Shown piece by piece: positions 39,800 to 52,523 of a stretch of DNA of 64,000 nt (its first letter is position 1; each line of letters opens with the position of its first letter). The translations under genes were made by a program, and so were the position numbers. The stretch is from Psilocybe cubensis (taxonomy: Eukaryota), in contig CM039006.1 of the NCBI GenBank assembly GCA_017499595.2, positions 1,240,001 through 1,304,000 on the forward strand, read 5' to 3'. The notes under the pieces are model-generated. The model had not been told where the DNA came from. It worked only from the letters and a program-made list of their open reading frames with translations, and searched no databases.

Positions 39800-40368
39800 A
39801 TTTCTATACGAAATATGAGCTCCCCTTTCGAATGTATCTGTCAATGTATTGAATTTCTTCTAGTGTTTGCACCATGCAGGGGGGCTTTCTCACAGTAGGT
39901 TTTCATGGTAGGAATTACAGGGAAAGCCGGACGGAGGTATGTATTGCATCTACAGCGACCGTGACTAATGTTTGACGACGTTCATGTTGCCTTCTCTTTG
40001 GTATTCCTGCGGCGTACCTCACACTCTCGTTCCACACACATGGCTTCAGTACCATTGCCATCAACAACTTACTCACTATTCCCTCTCAAATTGGGACTAT
40101 GATCGCGATGGCAGGTATCACTCTTATATCTGAAAATTTGACGATTGTGAATGGGTATCCTTATCGAAAGATGTCTGCGCCCTTCTTTTTTTGATGCCGT
40201 TGCGCACTCTTCCAGCCCAAACAATTCCAAGGGAATTTACGTGCGTCATTACCTTGTCTTTAACGGATAAGTTGACGAATGAAGGTTCAGGGTATCTCTA
40301 GTGGTCTTCTGATTTATTCATACACACATGTCCTACGCAAGTGGGTTGGTGTTCACGGTATGCCAGGA
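39800..40368 (+). pseudogene. Degraded MFS transporter (allantoate-permease/ACS-family) relic
   Basis: Broken reading-frame fragments FYTKYELPFRM, LTLSFHTHGFSTIAINNLLTIPSQIGTMIAMAGITLISE and GISSGLLIYSYTH..VGWCSR match Dal5-like permease segments, with frameshifts and large missing parts. Confidence 0.65.
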
Positions 40369-40725
40369 AACGGGAGGCTCGACTTTCGATTTGTATCATT
40401 TTGTTCCTTTACATTGTACGAAGTAAAAATCTGATTTCTATAAAAGATAATGAAACTCCAAGATTCCGAAAATCTTGGTTCGAAATTGTATGTAGCCTTT
40501 TCTTATTGAAATGACAGAAGTGACAAGCACGATGTTAGATTTGGGCTGATTCGGGGTATAACTATAAGCAATAGGTATGCGATTTAATAGGTTGTCACTA
40601 CTGATTGGGTAAGTTGTACTGTATATGCAAATACCGGTAATTAGGGCGATCTAATCTAATAAAACCATCGTTCGTGAGCGAGTTTGTCCTTTACGTTCGT
40701 TAAGTGCCGGAAAACAGGAGAGCAA

Positions 40726-41257
40726 TTATAGATTTCCCTCAAGTTTTGTTGCTTGCTTTTGTGCCAATGTCATGATATCCCAAGTCGTTCTGTGTGATCC
40801 AGTCTTGGTCAAGGTGTAACTGAGTGCAGGAAGCGTGAAGACGTACCTATCTGTCGACGCTCTAATCTGATTGAAGCATACTTGCTCCTCTGAGACGGAA
40901 GCATCATCTAGGTCTGGAGTTCGTTCTATTGATGTTCCTTCACGGGTCGGCAATTGGAACGCTGACACGAAAACAGGATCTTCGAGGTCGCGAAGGTGAT
41001 ATACGTCATATCTCCTACGACGAGGATGGTTGAGCTATGAAGTTTCGAGGCCACGTTGACTCCACGTACCCTTGTACCTCGTCGTGTTTCCTGCTACGTC
41101 TAGTGCTTGATGATGGCACCACGCTGCCCCCTCCAAAGGATGTCCGAGGCAGCAATGCCGACGGTTTCTCGTAGTCGATGCTGTCCGGCAATGGTGCGGA
41201 CGTGGCAAAGTGGATGAACATCAAGCAAAAGGTAAACGCGGAAAGATTGCACTTCAT
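40726..41257 (-). CDS. Small putative secreted protein, 2 exons
   Basis: Signal-peptide-like MKCNLSAFTFCLMFIHFATS followed by APLP. Donor after HDE and acceptor catag join in frame to LNHPRRRRYDVYHLRDLEDPVFVSAF...KLEGNL*. Confidence 0.55.
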
Positions 41258-42121
41258 TGTCGATTATGGTGGGCCTGACCAGGTATTACAATACTGTAAT
41301 GGTGGCGAACATTTAGTGAACTGTAACCAGACTGGACTGGGGACTCAGACTGAGGGTGACTTACATACAAACTCAGGCAGAGTGGCCAGCACCGATTAGA
41401 ACGACCTAAATTAACAGGCTAGAGGAGCCGCTAGGAAAAACTTGGCCAGAAGTGCGTGGTCAACAAGCTAGTCCGAGCTTTTATAGAGGGACCGGCCATC
41501 AGAGCTGTGCAAAAAGAATCAAGCTACCAACAAAATGTTGAGTTCATAGGATCCTTTGATCATGCCCAGGCGCCATCGCGTTCATTGGATAAAAATAGAA
41601 TTGATGACGCCAATGACGGTAACCAGTGCCCATTGCTGGTTTCATTTTGCCGCCGCAAATGCTCCGATATGCGGATAAAAGGCGTTTATGGTTCTGCCCG
41701 CAGCAAGCCATCGCCTCATCGATGGTATTCCAAGCCCTCTCCAAACCAACTATCGGTCTTCTAAGAGCTTCCCCAAGAGATAGCGGCAAGTCTCAATCAA
41801 TAGTAGACAGCACGGCCACGCGTGCATCCCGGAGCGCTGGCTGTATCGCCACGCTGCATGCACTGTAGTCGTAGTCAAGTATTCGACGCAGGAAGTCGTC
41901 ACTCGTGTTCATCATTCAATTTGGATTGAAGACACATTCAACTTCAACCAGACGGTAGATCTATATGTATATGGTTGTTACGAACTTCAGTGACATGAAT
42001 TCCAAAGATTGGAGATTTCAAAAAGATGGTACAACGAACTCTAAACTATTTCTAGAAGAGATAAAGGAAAGGGAAAAAAGACTTCTCCCAGTGATATCGG
42101 AGACTGTGAAAAACACGCTCT

Positions 42122-43899
42122 TCAAGAGGACGTCATCGCCGCATGGACTGAATCCAAAAGAATATCTTTGTAGTCTCCAACACCGTGCCATACGGCAACG
42201 CCGCATAGCCCATGATCTTTGACATAGCGAGTTTTTGAACCTAGATATACTTATCGAAGAGTTTCCAAGATCATCAAATCAGGAGCACTTACCAAAGCTA
42301 CGTGCATCATCAAACGAGACTACAATACTTCCGCTCTCTTTGAACAGGTATGGCTGTACATAAAGGATTAAGCGTGAGTTGGGGTAATCGTAAGTACAAA
42401 AACGTACCGTCTGGCTGCAATCATCAAACTTATATTTGACATCTGGAGCAGGCGTACCATCTTCCTTCAAATAGCCGAGCTTAATCAGGCCTTGGAAGTT
42501 GAACAGACCCGTGTTTGTAGGACAGGCTAAATGAAGAAGAAGATATAAGTTACAAAATAGGAGGTCATTATGGACAATCTGACTCACCTACGGTGCTAGT
42601 GTCTTCATCTCCTGGAGGAATAGAAGAAGCTTCGAAACCTGGAAAATTGCCGATGTTCTCTGATTCGCCATTTTTCAGGGTATAACCACGTCCATATGAG
42701 GCCAGACCAAGGACGATCTACACAAGACGTTAGTTATGATACAAATTACAACTTGATAGAAGTTTGATACCTACCTGATCGACAGGGAACTGAGCATTGG
42801 CCCAGGCCTCAACGGCAGTTTCTGCGGAGCCAGCCGCATTTGGTGAACATCGGTCATACAAAGGAGCGTTAGGGCCAACACTAGGAGACCATGCTCCCCA
42901 GATATCGTAGGCCATAATAGCTAGATTGATTGGCCATGGACAACACAACGTATTGATCATAAGTGGGAACGTACCAATGTAATCAAAGACCTCAGCGAAA
43001 GCTGCGACATCGGATTTTGGTTTCCCATCAGTTCCGAAGAAAGGAGTCATGCCAACAGCAGCGGACAGGACGAGGTCAGCGCCAGAAGGGTCTTTCCTCA
43101 ACTCCTGAAGGAAGGCAAGGAAGTTGTCGGAATCGTAGGGTGAGACTTCATTTGACTCATCGCCCTTCTTTCCGGGGTACTCCCAACTAAAAAGGGAGTT
43201 AAGCATAAGAAACTGGAGATAAAGCAGGAGGGCACGCACTCAAAATCAATTCCATCTAGATCATACTTCCGAACAGTATCAAGACACGTCTTCACAAACG
43301 TAGTTCGACTTTCAGGTGTCGACATGATAGACGAAAAATGCTGGGAACCAGCCCAACCACCAATCGATAGTACTGCCTTAACATTCTACAGAGGAAATTA
43401 ACGCACATCTTCAGAGATTGTTTTCAAAAAAAAAAGTATAAAACAACAATACATACATTTTTCTTTGCATTCGAAACAAATCCCGGAAGCGCAGCCTCGC
43501 TCTTGGCGTCAATGCTCAGAACGGCAGGGTCAGTCGTGGGTACGCTTGAATTCAAAGTGAGGACTGGAGGAAAAAGATTGGAAATGTATGTACGACGTAC
43601 CCAAAAGAAAAAGTCATAACATTATATTTCGACCATGAAAGCGTTTCTGGAGGGTATTCCGAAGACAGCCAACCTGGGTACCAAGCTGCAATGATGCTGC
43701 CATTCATGGATGGCGTAGGAGCGGAATTTGATCCATCATAACCCTGATTCGGAGACTTTGCTGGGGAGTTCAAAGGTCTGTGAGAATGCTTAAATCCACG
43801 AGCAAGAAGCTGGTCGTCGTGAGGGCTGGGTGGTGGCAAAGCTGAGACAAAAGGCAAGAGTGCGGTGAATAGGTATAAAAATAGATTCTTGGTCAGCAT
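42122..43899 (-). CDS. GH18 chitinase, secreted, multi-exon
   Basis: Signal peptide, AAWYPGW, VLSIGGWAGS, intact LDGIDFD-WEYPG catalytic motif, IMAYDIWG, SFDDARSF and GVAVW. Stop at 42124-42122. Confidence 0.93.
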
Positions 43900-44456
43900 G
43901 GATGGTTTTTGTCTGAAGTTCGTGTATGCGCGTCGATACGTGGACCAGCCTCGATATCAAAAGTGTCAAAAAAGGTATCGAAAGAAGGTGTCGAAAAATG
44001 CGTCGATGTAGTAGAATGTGAAGAGAAGATTTGGGATGCGGCGGTTTTTATAGAGCAGATGAACGAGGTGGGAGAAAGTTATACATCGCTTCATTAACCG
44101 CCCGACTTACACAGCAGTACAATTAATTCGCAAACTCTTCCAGGAATTAACAGGATTCGATCGATTAGCAGGAATAAGAATGACCCCCAAGGCGGAGTTG
44201 AAGTAGGTTCATACCAATGAGCGGGGAAATGATTGGCATGGCAGACAAAAAGAAGATTCGATTTATCTCTATAAAAAATTATATTTAAGGCAAATACATC
44301 TGAGAGAACTGACGTTAGAAACGCTGCAAGGTAGGAACTAGTCGAAGAATATATAGACGTACTGTTACACAATAAAATCTATAAAATGATTGCGACGAAG
44401 AGATCGACCAGGATTCAACGCCTTATCTATAGTGTACTAATGAAGGTATGCCTTGA

Positions 44457-46279
44457 TCATGAACACACCTGCTCCAGGTCCAGTGCATCACTGATAGCGT
44501 TAAGAAGGGTGTCGTTGTAATCCCCCGCCACATGCCAGATTGCAAAGCCGGCAAGACCATTTTCGTCGATGAAGCGACCTTTGGCAGCTTTAGAGATATA
44601 AGTGCGTCAGAGTGGGTCCACCAACACAATCGCAAGTAAACCTACCGAAACTTGTTTGATCATCGTAAGAAATCATGGTTTGATTATTCGGATCATAGAC
44701 AAAGGGCTGATTTGTGCAGACAAAAAAAATCAGGCTATCATGTTACACAGAAACGATGAAGGCACTGACAGTCTGGCTGCAATTATCGAATCTATAATCG
44801 ATGCCTGCTGCGGCATTCCCGTTGGTATCCAAAAATCCAGCAGCAACCATTCCATTGAAATTGAATGTTCCTGAAACTCCGACAGGGTTTCCACACTCGT
44901 CTTCGCCTGATAAACCACGGGCGGGGACAAAGTCAGCAATGACACACCAGCTGCCAGTGGTACTGAAAGGACATGATAATCTCACTAGGAGGGGCTCCAG
45001 GAATATCGCTATCACCTAAAGGTTGTTGGGATTTATCAAAAGGTGGGTAAAGAGCGAGGTTGCCAGCGTTGTCTAGAGCATCGTTGGTTGCAACATGGAA
45101 ACTGTGCCCGTAAGCTGCAACTCCCAACACAATCTTTGCATGAAACAGTTCACATGAGTTGGAAAGTGCTTCAACATTCGAGATTAAGGATATATTTGCC
45201 TTGGAAGCTGGGAATCCAGCATCGGTCCACGCCTTGACTGCGGAAGTAGCTGACCCTGCCTGGACAGCAGCACATGAATCATTCAAAGGAGCATTAGGTC
45301 CCACATCTGTAGACCATGCACCCCATACATCATAGTTCATGATGGCTATGCCAACGGAGTATTTTTTAGCATTTTAGACGGCAGCAATTTCAATCGCATG
45401 AATGCTTACCGATATGATCCAAAACATCAGCAAAAGCAGAGACATCCGACAATGGGATGCCGCCAGGGCCAGCGAATGGAGTCAATCCAACGGCGGCAGT
45501 AAGTGTGAGGTCAGCGCCGACCGGGTCTTCTCTGAGTTCTTCGAGAAAGGACAGGAAGTTGGCAGAATCATCGTCCGAGATAGTGTTGCAGCCGATTCCT
45601 TGCCGCGAAGGGTATTCCCAGCTGGGTTAGGGTTAAACCTCAGCCGCCCGAAACTTAACCAAACAATGAGCACACTTACTCAAAGTCGATGCCATCCAGG
45701 GCGTATGTGTTGACCAAGTCGAGGATGGCCTTCACGAACGTCGTGCGATTATCAGCGCTGCCTACTGCGGTTGAATAGTATATCGATCCAGTCCAGCCTC
45801 CGATCGACAATAATGCATCGACGCACTAAAAATAGAAAACACGTGTTATGGGGTGCTTTTTATGGTGCTTCCCGTCGTGCTTACATTGTTGTGAGCCTCG
45901 TTGACAAAAGTAGGCAACAACGCTGCACTTTCATCATCCAAGGCAATCACGGAAGGGTCGGGAGTAGTCGTGCTGCAAAAATTAGCTGTCAAATGCCCAT
46001 AAATGTGGTAAGGGTAATGGCTCACGCGAAGGCAAAGGTCAGGGCACTGTACTTCGTCCAGGAGATTTCGTTGGGTGGCAGTTGACTTCCGAGCCAGCCT
46101 GGGTACCACCCAGTCGCCACTACGTCCATGCCATCGGCGATACTTCCACTCGAGCCAGTTTGCGCCGTGAGTGAAGGTCGTGTCGGTGGAACGAGATTAC
46201 AATGTGGTGCAGCCAATACGTTCGAAAATAATGCAGCTAGACCTGCCAGCAGCGAAGGTGAGCATTTGTCGCAAAACAT
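44457..46279 (-). CDS. GH18 chitinase (tandem paralog), multi-exon
   Basis: Signal-like N-terminus, TGWYPGW, LSIGGWTGS, LDGIDFD-WEYP..GIGCN, MNYDVWG, LGVAAYGHSF and GLAGFAIW. Stop at 44459-44457. Confidence 0.93.
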
Positions 46280-47090
46280 TATGGGAGAGATTGTGGGGTA
46301 AAGAGAGTCTAGGGAAGAAGGAAAGTAAGCAAGACGTAACCCAGATGCCAAGCTGCTTAATATACGAGGTTTACACACAGTAACCAAACTTACAAAACGC
46401 GTTCGTCGTGCGATTGTAATTCCAGTGCGTCTTTCTGGGGTGATTGTTATGTCCCTTTGTTTCTTCCTCGAGGACACAATAGTGGGAAGTAAAAAGCCAG
46501 TGGGCAGGTTGACAACCTAATTTAAAAAACCGAAAAATTTGGCGCCACGAGGAGAAGGGGTGTTCGCTCCTAGTAGTGGGTTACGGGATATGATTGGTCA
46601 TTGTTCCGATTTCCTTCGGCCGGACTAGCGCATCTGGATTTTGGTGGAATCACGTCAAAGTGAAGCACTCAGCAAGACATCGAAGGCATTTCATAGATTT
46701 TTTGGGCATCATTGCAAAACAACTTGAACGGAGCTAGAGGGAGTTGTTGGATGGAATGAGCCCGTGTAATAGTGCGTGAGAGAGAGAATGAGAGGTGCCC
46801 CGGAACTTAAATGGATAAATCCTCTGTATGTCCGACGTCCATTCTGTAGCGAGCGCTAGAATCAGTCCGAACAAACAGGACGCTACCGTGGTTATGAATG
46901 TCACGAACAGCATCCACACAGCCACATGTGAATATATGATTGATTGGAAAGATGAGAGCTATGGTGACAACTGTGGAAAGCCTTAATACTGTCATCGAGA
47001 ATCAACATATATCGTGAATGATAAGTAGCAAAGGGACTCACAATTACCAAAGTACCTGATCAATAAACATCCTCTCTATACATCGGACTG

Positions 47091-47634
47091 TCATCGTCTA
47101 CCAAATCCACCGCCACCACCTATTCCGATACGCGCAGCGAGCATCCTCGCCCTACCAAGTCTCAATCTCCTCTCACGGAAAAACAGTATGGTAAGGGCGA
47201 CCAATGCAAATAAAACATTACAGGCAACGAACTCATAGAAATCCGCTCGTTCTTTGGAAATGATGCGTCCACAGGATTCCCAAGCGGGGACTTCTGGAAT
47301 ATTTGCTCCACCTTGTTGAGGCGATATAGATGTCGAGTTTACACAGTGCATGAGCCTCCTGTTCCCGAAAGGCTGGCAAAATGGTTCATTCATCTACAAA
47401 CCACAGGGAGGTCAGCCAACCAACCGATGAATACAATGCTCATTTAGACATACCTCATCACTTGGGCAAGGTTCGCAGGCGCCAAACGGCGTGCAAAGAA
47501 GATGATTTATAGTTTCATTGACACCCTTATCGGAGATTGCATGACTGATAGTGTCCTGGTCGACAGACATTGCATGAACTAGTAATACATGCAGCAAGCA
47601 TATGTGGATGAGTATCGTTCTTCTGGTCAAACAT
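47091..47634 (-). CDS. Small Cys-rich single-pass membrane protein, JTB-like; start codon unresolved
   Basis: Signal-like segment, then CTPFGACEPCP-...FCQPFGNRRLMHC...WESCGR..ERADFYEF, a TM helix and an Arg-rich tail. Confidence 0.6.
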
Positions 47635-47983
47635 TCTACAATAAGCGCAAAAGATATGTATCCATATGATAAGCTTACATGTTTAGACGAACGCCAGGGG
47701 CACTAGATGTCGAGTGCTTCCATAGTAGCATCTAAGCCACATGAATTCGAAGCAAATTCAAAGGCTGGTAGCAGACAGCGGGAGTAGCGTTACAATATGT
47801 TGCCGTTACTGCGGTTTCCTTTGCACTGTGACGTGACAAAACGTACACGTGCTCACAAAGGCCCGTGAGAGTGCAGAAAGGCTACAATGGCCTTCGTTAA
47901 ACCCATTGCACCTCGCTACACAGTTCTATCCAATACCTCATTTACGCGGAAAATTAATAGAAGCTATGCATTATGTCTAGCCT

Positions 47984-49510
47984 CTAAAATACAGTATCAC
48001 TATAGTCGAAAAATGAACGATCCCTTGGCCAACGCTCACTTCCGTACTGTGGTTCGCATATGATCAGGCCATCCGTGTTTATGTCGAAAATATCCTCTTC
48101 GTCTTCGGGGTAAGTTCTTAAACGTATTCGAGATATTGGAAAGCCGTGTATGTCGCGATATTTTCCCAACTTTTTAATTAACTTATCTTCCTTCTCGGTG
48201 CAGTCGTACGAAAAAGTGACCTCTTCGAGTTTGGGCCAAGGAAATTCCAGCAACCCATTTTGTCCCAGCGAATTTTCCATCAGGACTTGTACCATAGGGC
48301 ATTCAGCGATACTTGAGTAAATGGCGGAGAAGGAGGTGATCTCGCGGAAAGTTTTGCAAAGAAGTCTGTAGGTGTTAATGGAGAGGTCGAAATTGGAAAA
48401 TGTGAGGTGAGTAAGACGCGTGTATCTTGAGCTATCGTCCAATGCCCACAGCCTATCAAGATCTTCGTCTTGCAAGTCTTTTAATACTAAGGATTCGAGG
48501 GATGGGGTATGGAACCCCATCAGCACACCGATATAAAGCTCGCCTCCCACACCACAGAGCCTCAACGAGCGGAGCTTCGAAAGACAGACGACGTTGACTT
48601 TATAAGGCCACTCGTGGCAAACGACGAAGTCGCCGCAGAGGGAAAGGTGTTCTAAGCACTCTGACTGTGTGATAATTCCAATGAATGTCGAATACGAGAT
48701 GGGAACATGCGTTGTGTCATCGAGATGAAGTGTCACGACTCTATCGAGCCGTGGGCGACAAAAATGCATTGCCATGCCTCGGAGGCGGACGAAAGTCAAG
48801 GGCGGTGTCCCTGTATCAAATATCTGTGGATATTTACTCTCCCTTCGTATATCAAATCGGTTGATATGTTCGACATCTTGGACGTCCAGGGAAAGATATC
48901 GTAGAGCTGGCGCCTGCTGTGAACAGAGGCTGGTTACAATAGGGGCAAGGACATATTCACGGCTTGATTCCACTGTCAGGCTGCGCCACCTCCTAGAGAG
49001 AGGCGAAATAAGGTCCAACAAGGATTTCACCGTCGCCTGATCCATCAACGTCCCGTCGCTACAGTCGATAAATATGTCCAGACCACAAGCTCCAGCGCGC
49101 TCAAGGCATATGGACGCCCATGGAAGCGATGCTTTTCCGGAAATCTCCACGAATGTCCAAAGACTGGGTGTCCCTAAAGCAGTTTCCCTGAATAATCTGC
49201 ATGTTTGGCATACAGCTAAGCCGAACATCGTTGTATTACGTGACCTAAAGCCTTCCTCGTCAAAAGGGTCGTCGCTAACCATGTTTATGCCTAGATCAAA
49301 TATGAGAGCCAGAATTTCTGTAGGAAGAAAGAATATGTTGGCTAATATGCGAGGACTATCAATGACATGGTTGCTACTCTGAAACAAGGAAAACAGGTTT
49401 AGCGAAGTAATATTCCGATACACCGCCAAAGATCATGCACTCACCGTCGACATGAGAAACGTTGATGATTCACCGGCTGCAAATTCAACGCGGTCAGTGC
49501 ACCTCAGCAT
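47984..49510 (-). CDS. F-box/LRR-like protein
   Basis: LPTEILALIF..VCQTCRLFRETALGTPSLWT F-box followed by leucine-rich repeats (LEHLSL, LRSLRL, LESLVL, WPKLEEV). Confidence 0.85.
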
Positions 49511-50225
49511 GGTTTGCACTTCCCCTCTCTCTAAGAAGTGGCAAGATATATAAGCAAAGGGAGCGAAAACCCATCGCACAAGAATAGCAAATGCATCTTG
49601 CCGACAGTACCCTCAATCTTTCATAACAATCAAAACTTGGGGGGACAGCGATGGGCGTGTTCACTGGTTACCGAATTTTTGTACCCTTGTTTTAACCTTC
49701 TAAGTAAACCATGGGACCTGGACCTGAAAACAATGCGTATGCGAGGGGGCGGTGAAGAAGAGCCGAATAGACGGTAACAGGCGGACAAACCTTGTAGCTT
49801 TTCTATAAAAGGATTCCAATTGACAGTGCAAGCCGCCTTAACATATCAGACTGCCGGTCTCTCGAATATGTCGAGAGGCTCTTCGATTTAAGGAGAGTCG
49901 GAAAAGCGCCGCTGGTCCTTCCACGATCGTTCTTGGATCTTTGAGCTTGGGAAATGTGACTATTGAAGTATTTAGACCACCGATCTAACTAATGACAAGA
50001 ACCCGTTCGCCTGAACCAGATTCAAGAGTCGAGACAACGGCCTATGTTTCCACGATCATGAACCTAGAGATGGCGAAGATGATATCAAGCATCGCGGATA
50101 GAATAGCAGACCTTGATAGAAATAATATTAATCTGATTTCGCATTCTGATAGACACTGAGACGTTCTACAGAATTTCTGCTGGTCCTGATACAGCAGATT
50201 ACAGCAGATGGAGGGTATACGTAGT

Positions 50226-52523
50226 TCACGATGTACGCTTTTTGAACATAATTTTAGCCTTCATATTTGGCACTGGCTGTCCTACTATCCAGAATGGTTC
50301 TGGACGCTTCCCGTCCGGATTAGCCAGTCGAATATCATAAGTAAGGATGATGTGTGCAAGCGTCGTTTTTAGCTGGCTGGCTGCAAAGAAGCGCCCAGGG
50401 CTCGATTTAAAAAAATCTACTGAGCGCGATGTCAATCAAATGAGAAAACTTTGGCATACCATGCATGGCGGCCTGTTCCAAAGATGAGAAACTCGGAATT
50501 GATTGATACGATCTGGTGCTTTGTTCCTTCAGCCTCTTCGTCCCGTATATCAATAAATCTGAACCCTTGAAATTCTTTGGCGTTGTCATAATTTCTCTGA
50601 ATCAAGGTACTAGGTCAGGGATAGTAGGGCGACAGAGCGAAACGAACAGCCCTAGTACATACCTCGTCAAGATGAGTAGGAAGCGCAGCAAATGCTATAT
50701 AAGTTCCAGCTGGAACAGTAACGCCGTTGGAAAATGTGAAATCTTTGAGCGCCTTTCGCATTGCTGAGACTTCATATCCATTAGTATTTTTCCTATCCAT
50801 CAAAACTGAATACTCAAGGCACATACAAGAGCTGGTATTTAGCCGCTGAGATTCTTTGACAAAGCTATCCACCTTCCTCATTTTTGCCAAGCTTGATTTG
50901 GTCCAACCCTCCGCCTTGACGATCGCGCTGACCTCCTCTCTCATAGGTTCTATATACTCTGGGTACATGCACAAATCGAACAAGATGCTGGTCAGACCCT
51001 GTAATTGTTGAGCGGTGAACCAGTGACCGAATGATATTGGTGTCAAGGTTAACTCACCATTGAAGTACTGTGGATTGACGCAAAATTGATGTTGAGAATT
51101 CGGGCAGGCAAGTCATCAATTGTCCTTTGAGGCCCTTTCGCCTCTTCTAACAGCCAACTGATCAGGTCGTTCTAGTTCAGATGTAGAAAATTTTTTAGAA
51201 AATAAAAATACACATGAAAACGGGAAAAGGGTCAGTTACCGGCTGATTAATCTCGTTTTCTCTGTCATTGTGGTTGAGCATTTCGAGGCGATCATGTAGT
51301 ATCTGCCCGACATGAGAGACAACACGACGAAGATTACTTTTATTCTTTGATATAAGACGTCCTACGATACTACAGTGGATATGGTGTCATTTTGAGTTTC
51401 AAGAGAGGGAAAGGAAATGCGTACGCACGGCTTCATGAAAGATGGGAAGAGGTTAATGAGTTGAGCTTGCGTAATGACTTCCATTGAGAAATGTTCGTTT
51501 AATGACCTGTAATCCGGATCTCTGCCTGCGGTTTAAAGACATAGAAAAAGTAATTATTGAACGTAAGTGGGTCTGGACTTACAGAGCGGTAGTCCAACGA
51601 AAAGACGGTTGCTTGATCGACAAACAACCTCTCTCGAAGCATCACACGCTGTCACAGTGACCCAATCTACACAAAAATATCTGTTGAGAAACAAATTATC
51701 TTGTCTGACTGAAACCAAAAATACCCGTGCCATCCTCCTTGGAGCGGCAGAGTAGGTCCTCAAAACGCCTGACAAACTTCGTCCTGCATGTCCGTCAGCC
51801 GATAGCCAAATTTACGTGTGAGCGGCGATCGGACGACTTTGATGTGGTACGGATCGAGGCGGGTGTGCACCCCTATCGTATAATCCGTCTGCAGAGTCTA
51901 TATTTTGCGCAATACGGATCCGTCAAGAACCCTTACAAGTTGAGTATGTTGCCAAGGTTTTTATGCAAGAGCTGCACAAAACACACGGACGCACCTTCAA
52001 GACGGTGTCTTTGAGCGACAGTTGCTCGTCCGTTGCGCGTCGTATGTCTTCCAGCATCTGAGGCCCGCTCAGTATGACCATCCACCTCGCCATCGTGGAC
52101 ACTTTGAACACATTCCCGTAGTGCTGCCGTACCAATGAAAAACAAATCCATCAATAAGCAACAATTAAAGCACGTCGTCATCGTTAGTACAGAGCTCTCC
52201 AAGTTACACTATGCGTACCTTTTGATACCCTTCCGCAACCATCTCGTGCCCATGTCGAAAGAACCTAAGCGCATCTCTGTAAGACGCTAAAATTCCAGGC
52301 GACCCAACCGTTGGAATATGTTGCATCTAGCAAAGGACGATACACCCAGTTTCAAAAAACCAATTCCCTCGCATCGATGATCGTACAGCAAGAACCAATT
52401 TCATCTGACCTTGTACGTATCCGAAGTCCACCATCTCCAGACCAGATACACGAAAAGTGCCCCAAAAGCCAAAGAATAGTGATAGCAATCTACATCCAGA
52501 ATCACATCGACCAGACCAGCCAT
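50226..52523 (-). CDS. Cytochrome P450, CYP512-like, multi-exon
   Basis: N-terminal TM anchor, I-helix NFASIHSTS, PEYIEPMREEV, KVDSFVKESQR (ExxR), FQGFRF and heme motif FGTGRHA-CPGRFFA. Confidence 0.88.

Noticed and set aside
46734..46995. Two short hydrophobic minus-strand ORFs
   Set aside because: No family motif; located just downstream of the JTB-like gene and likely UTR.
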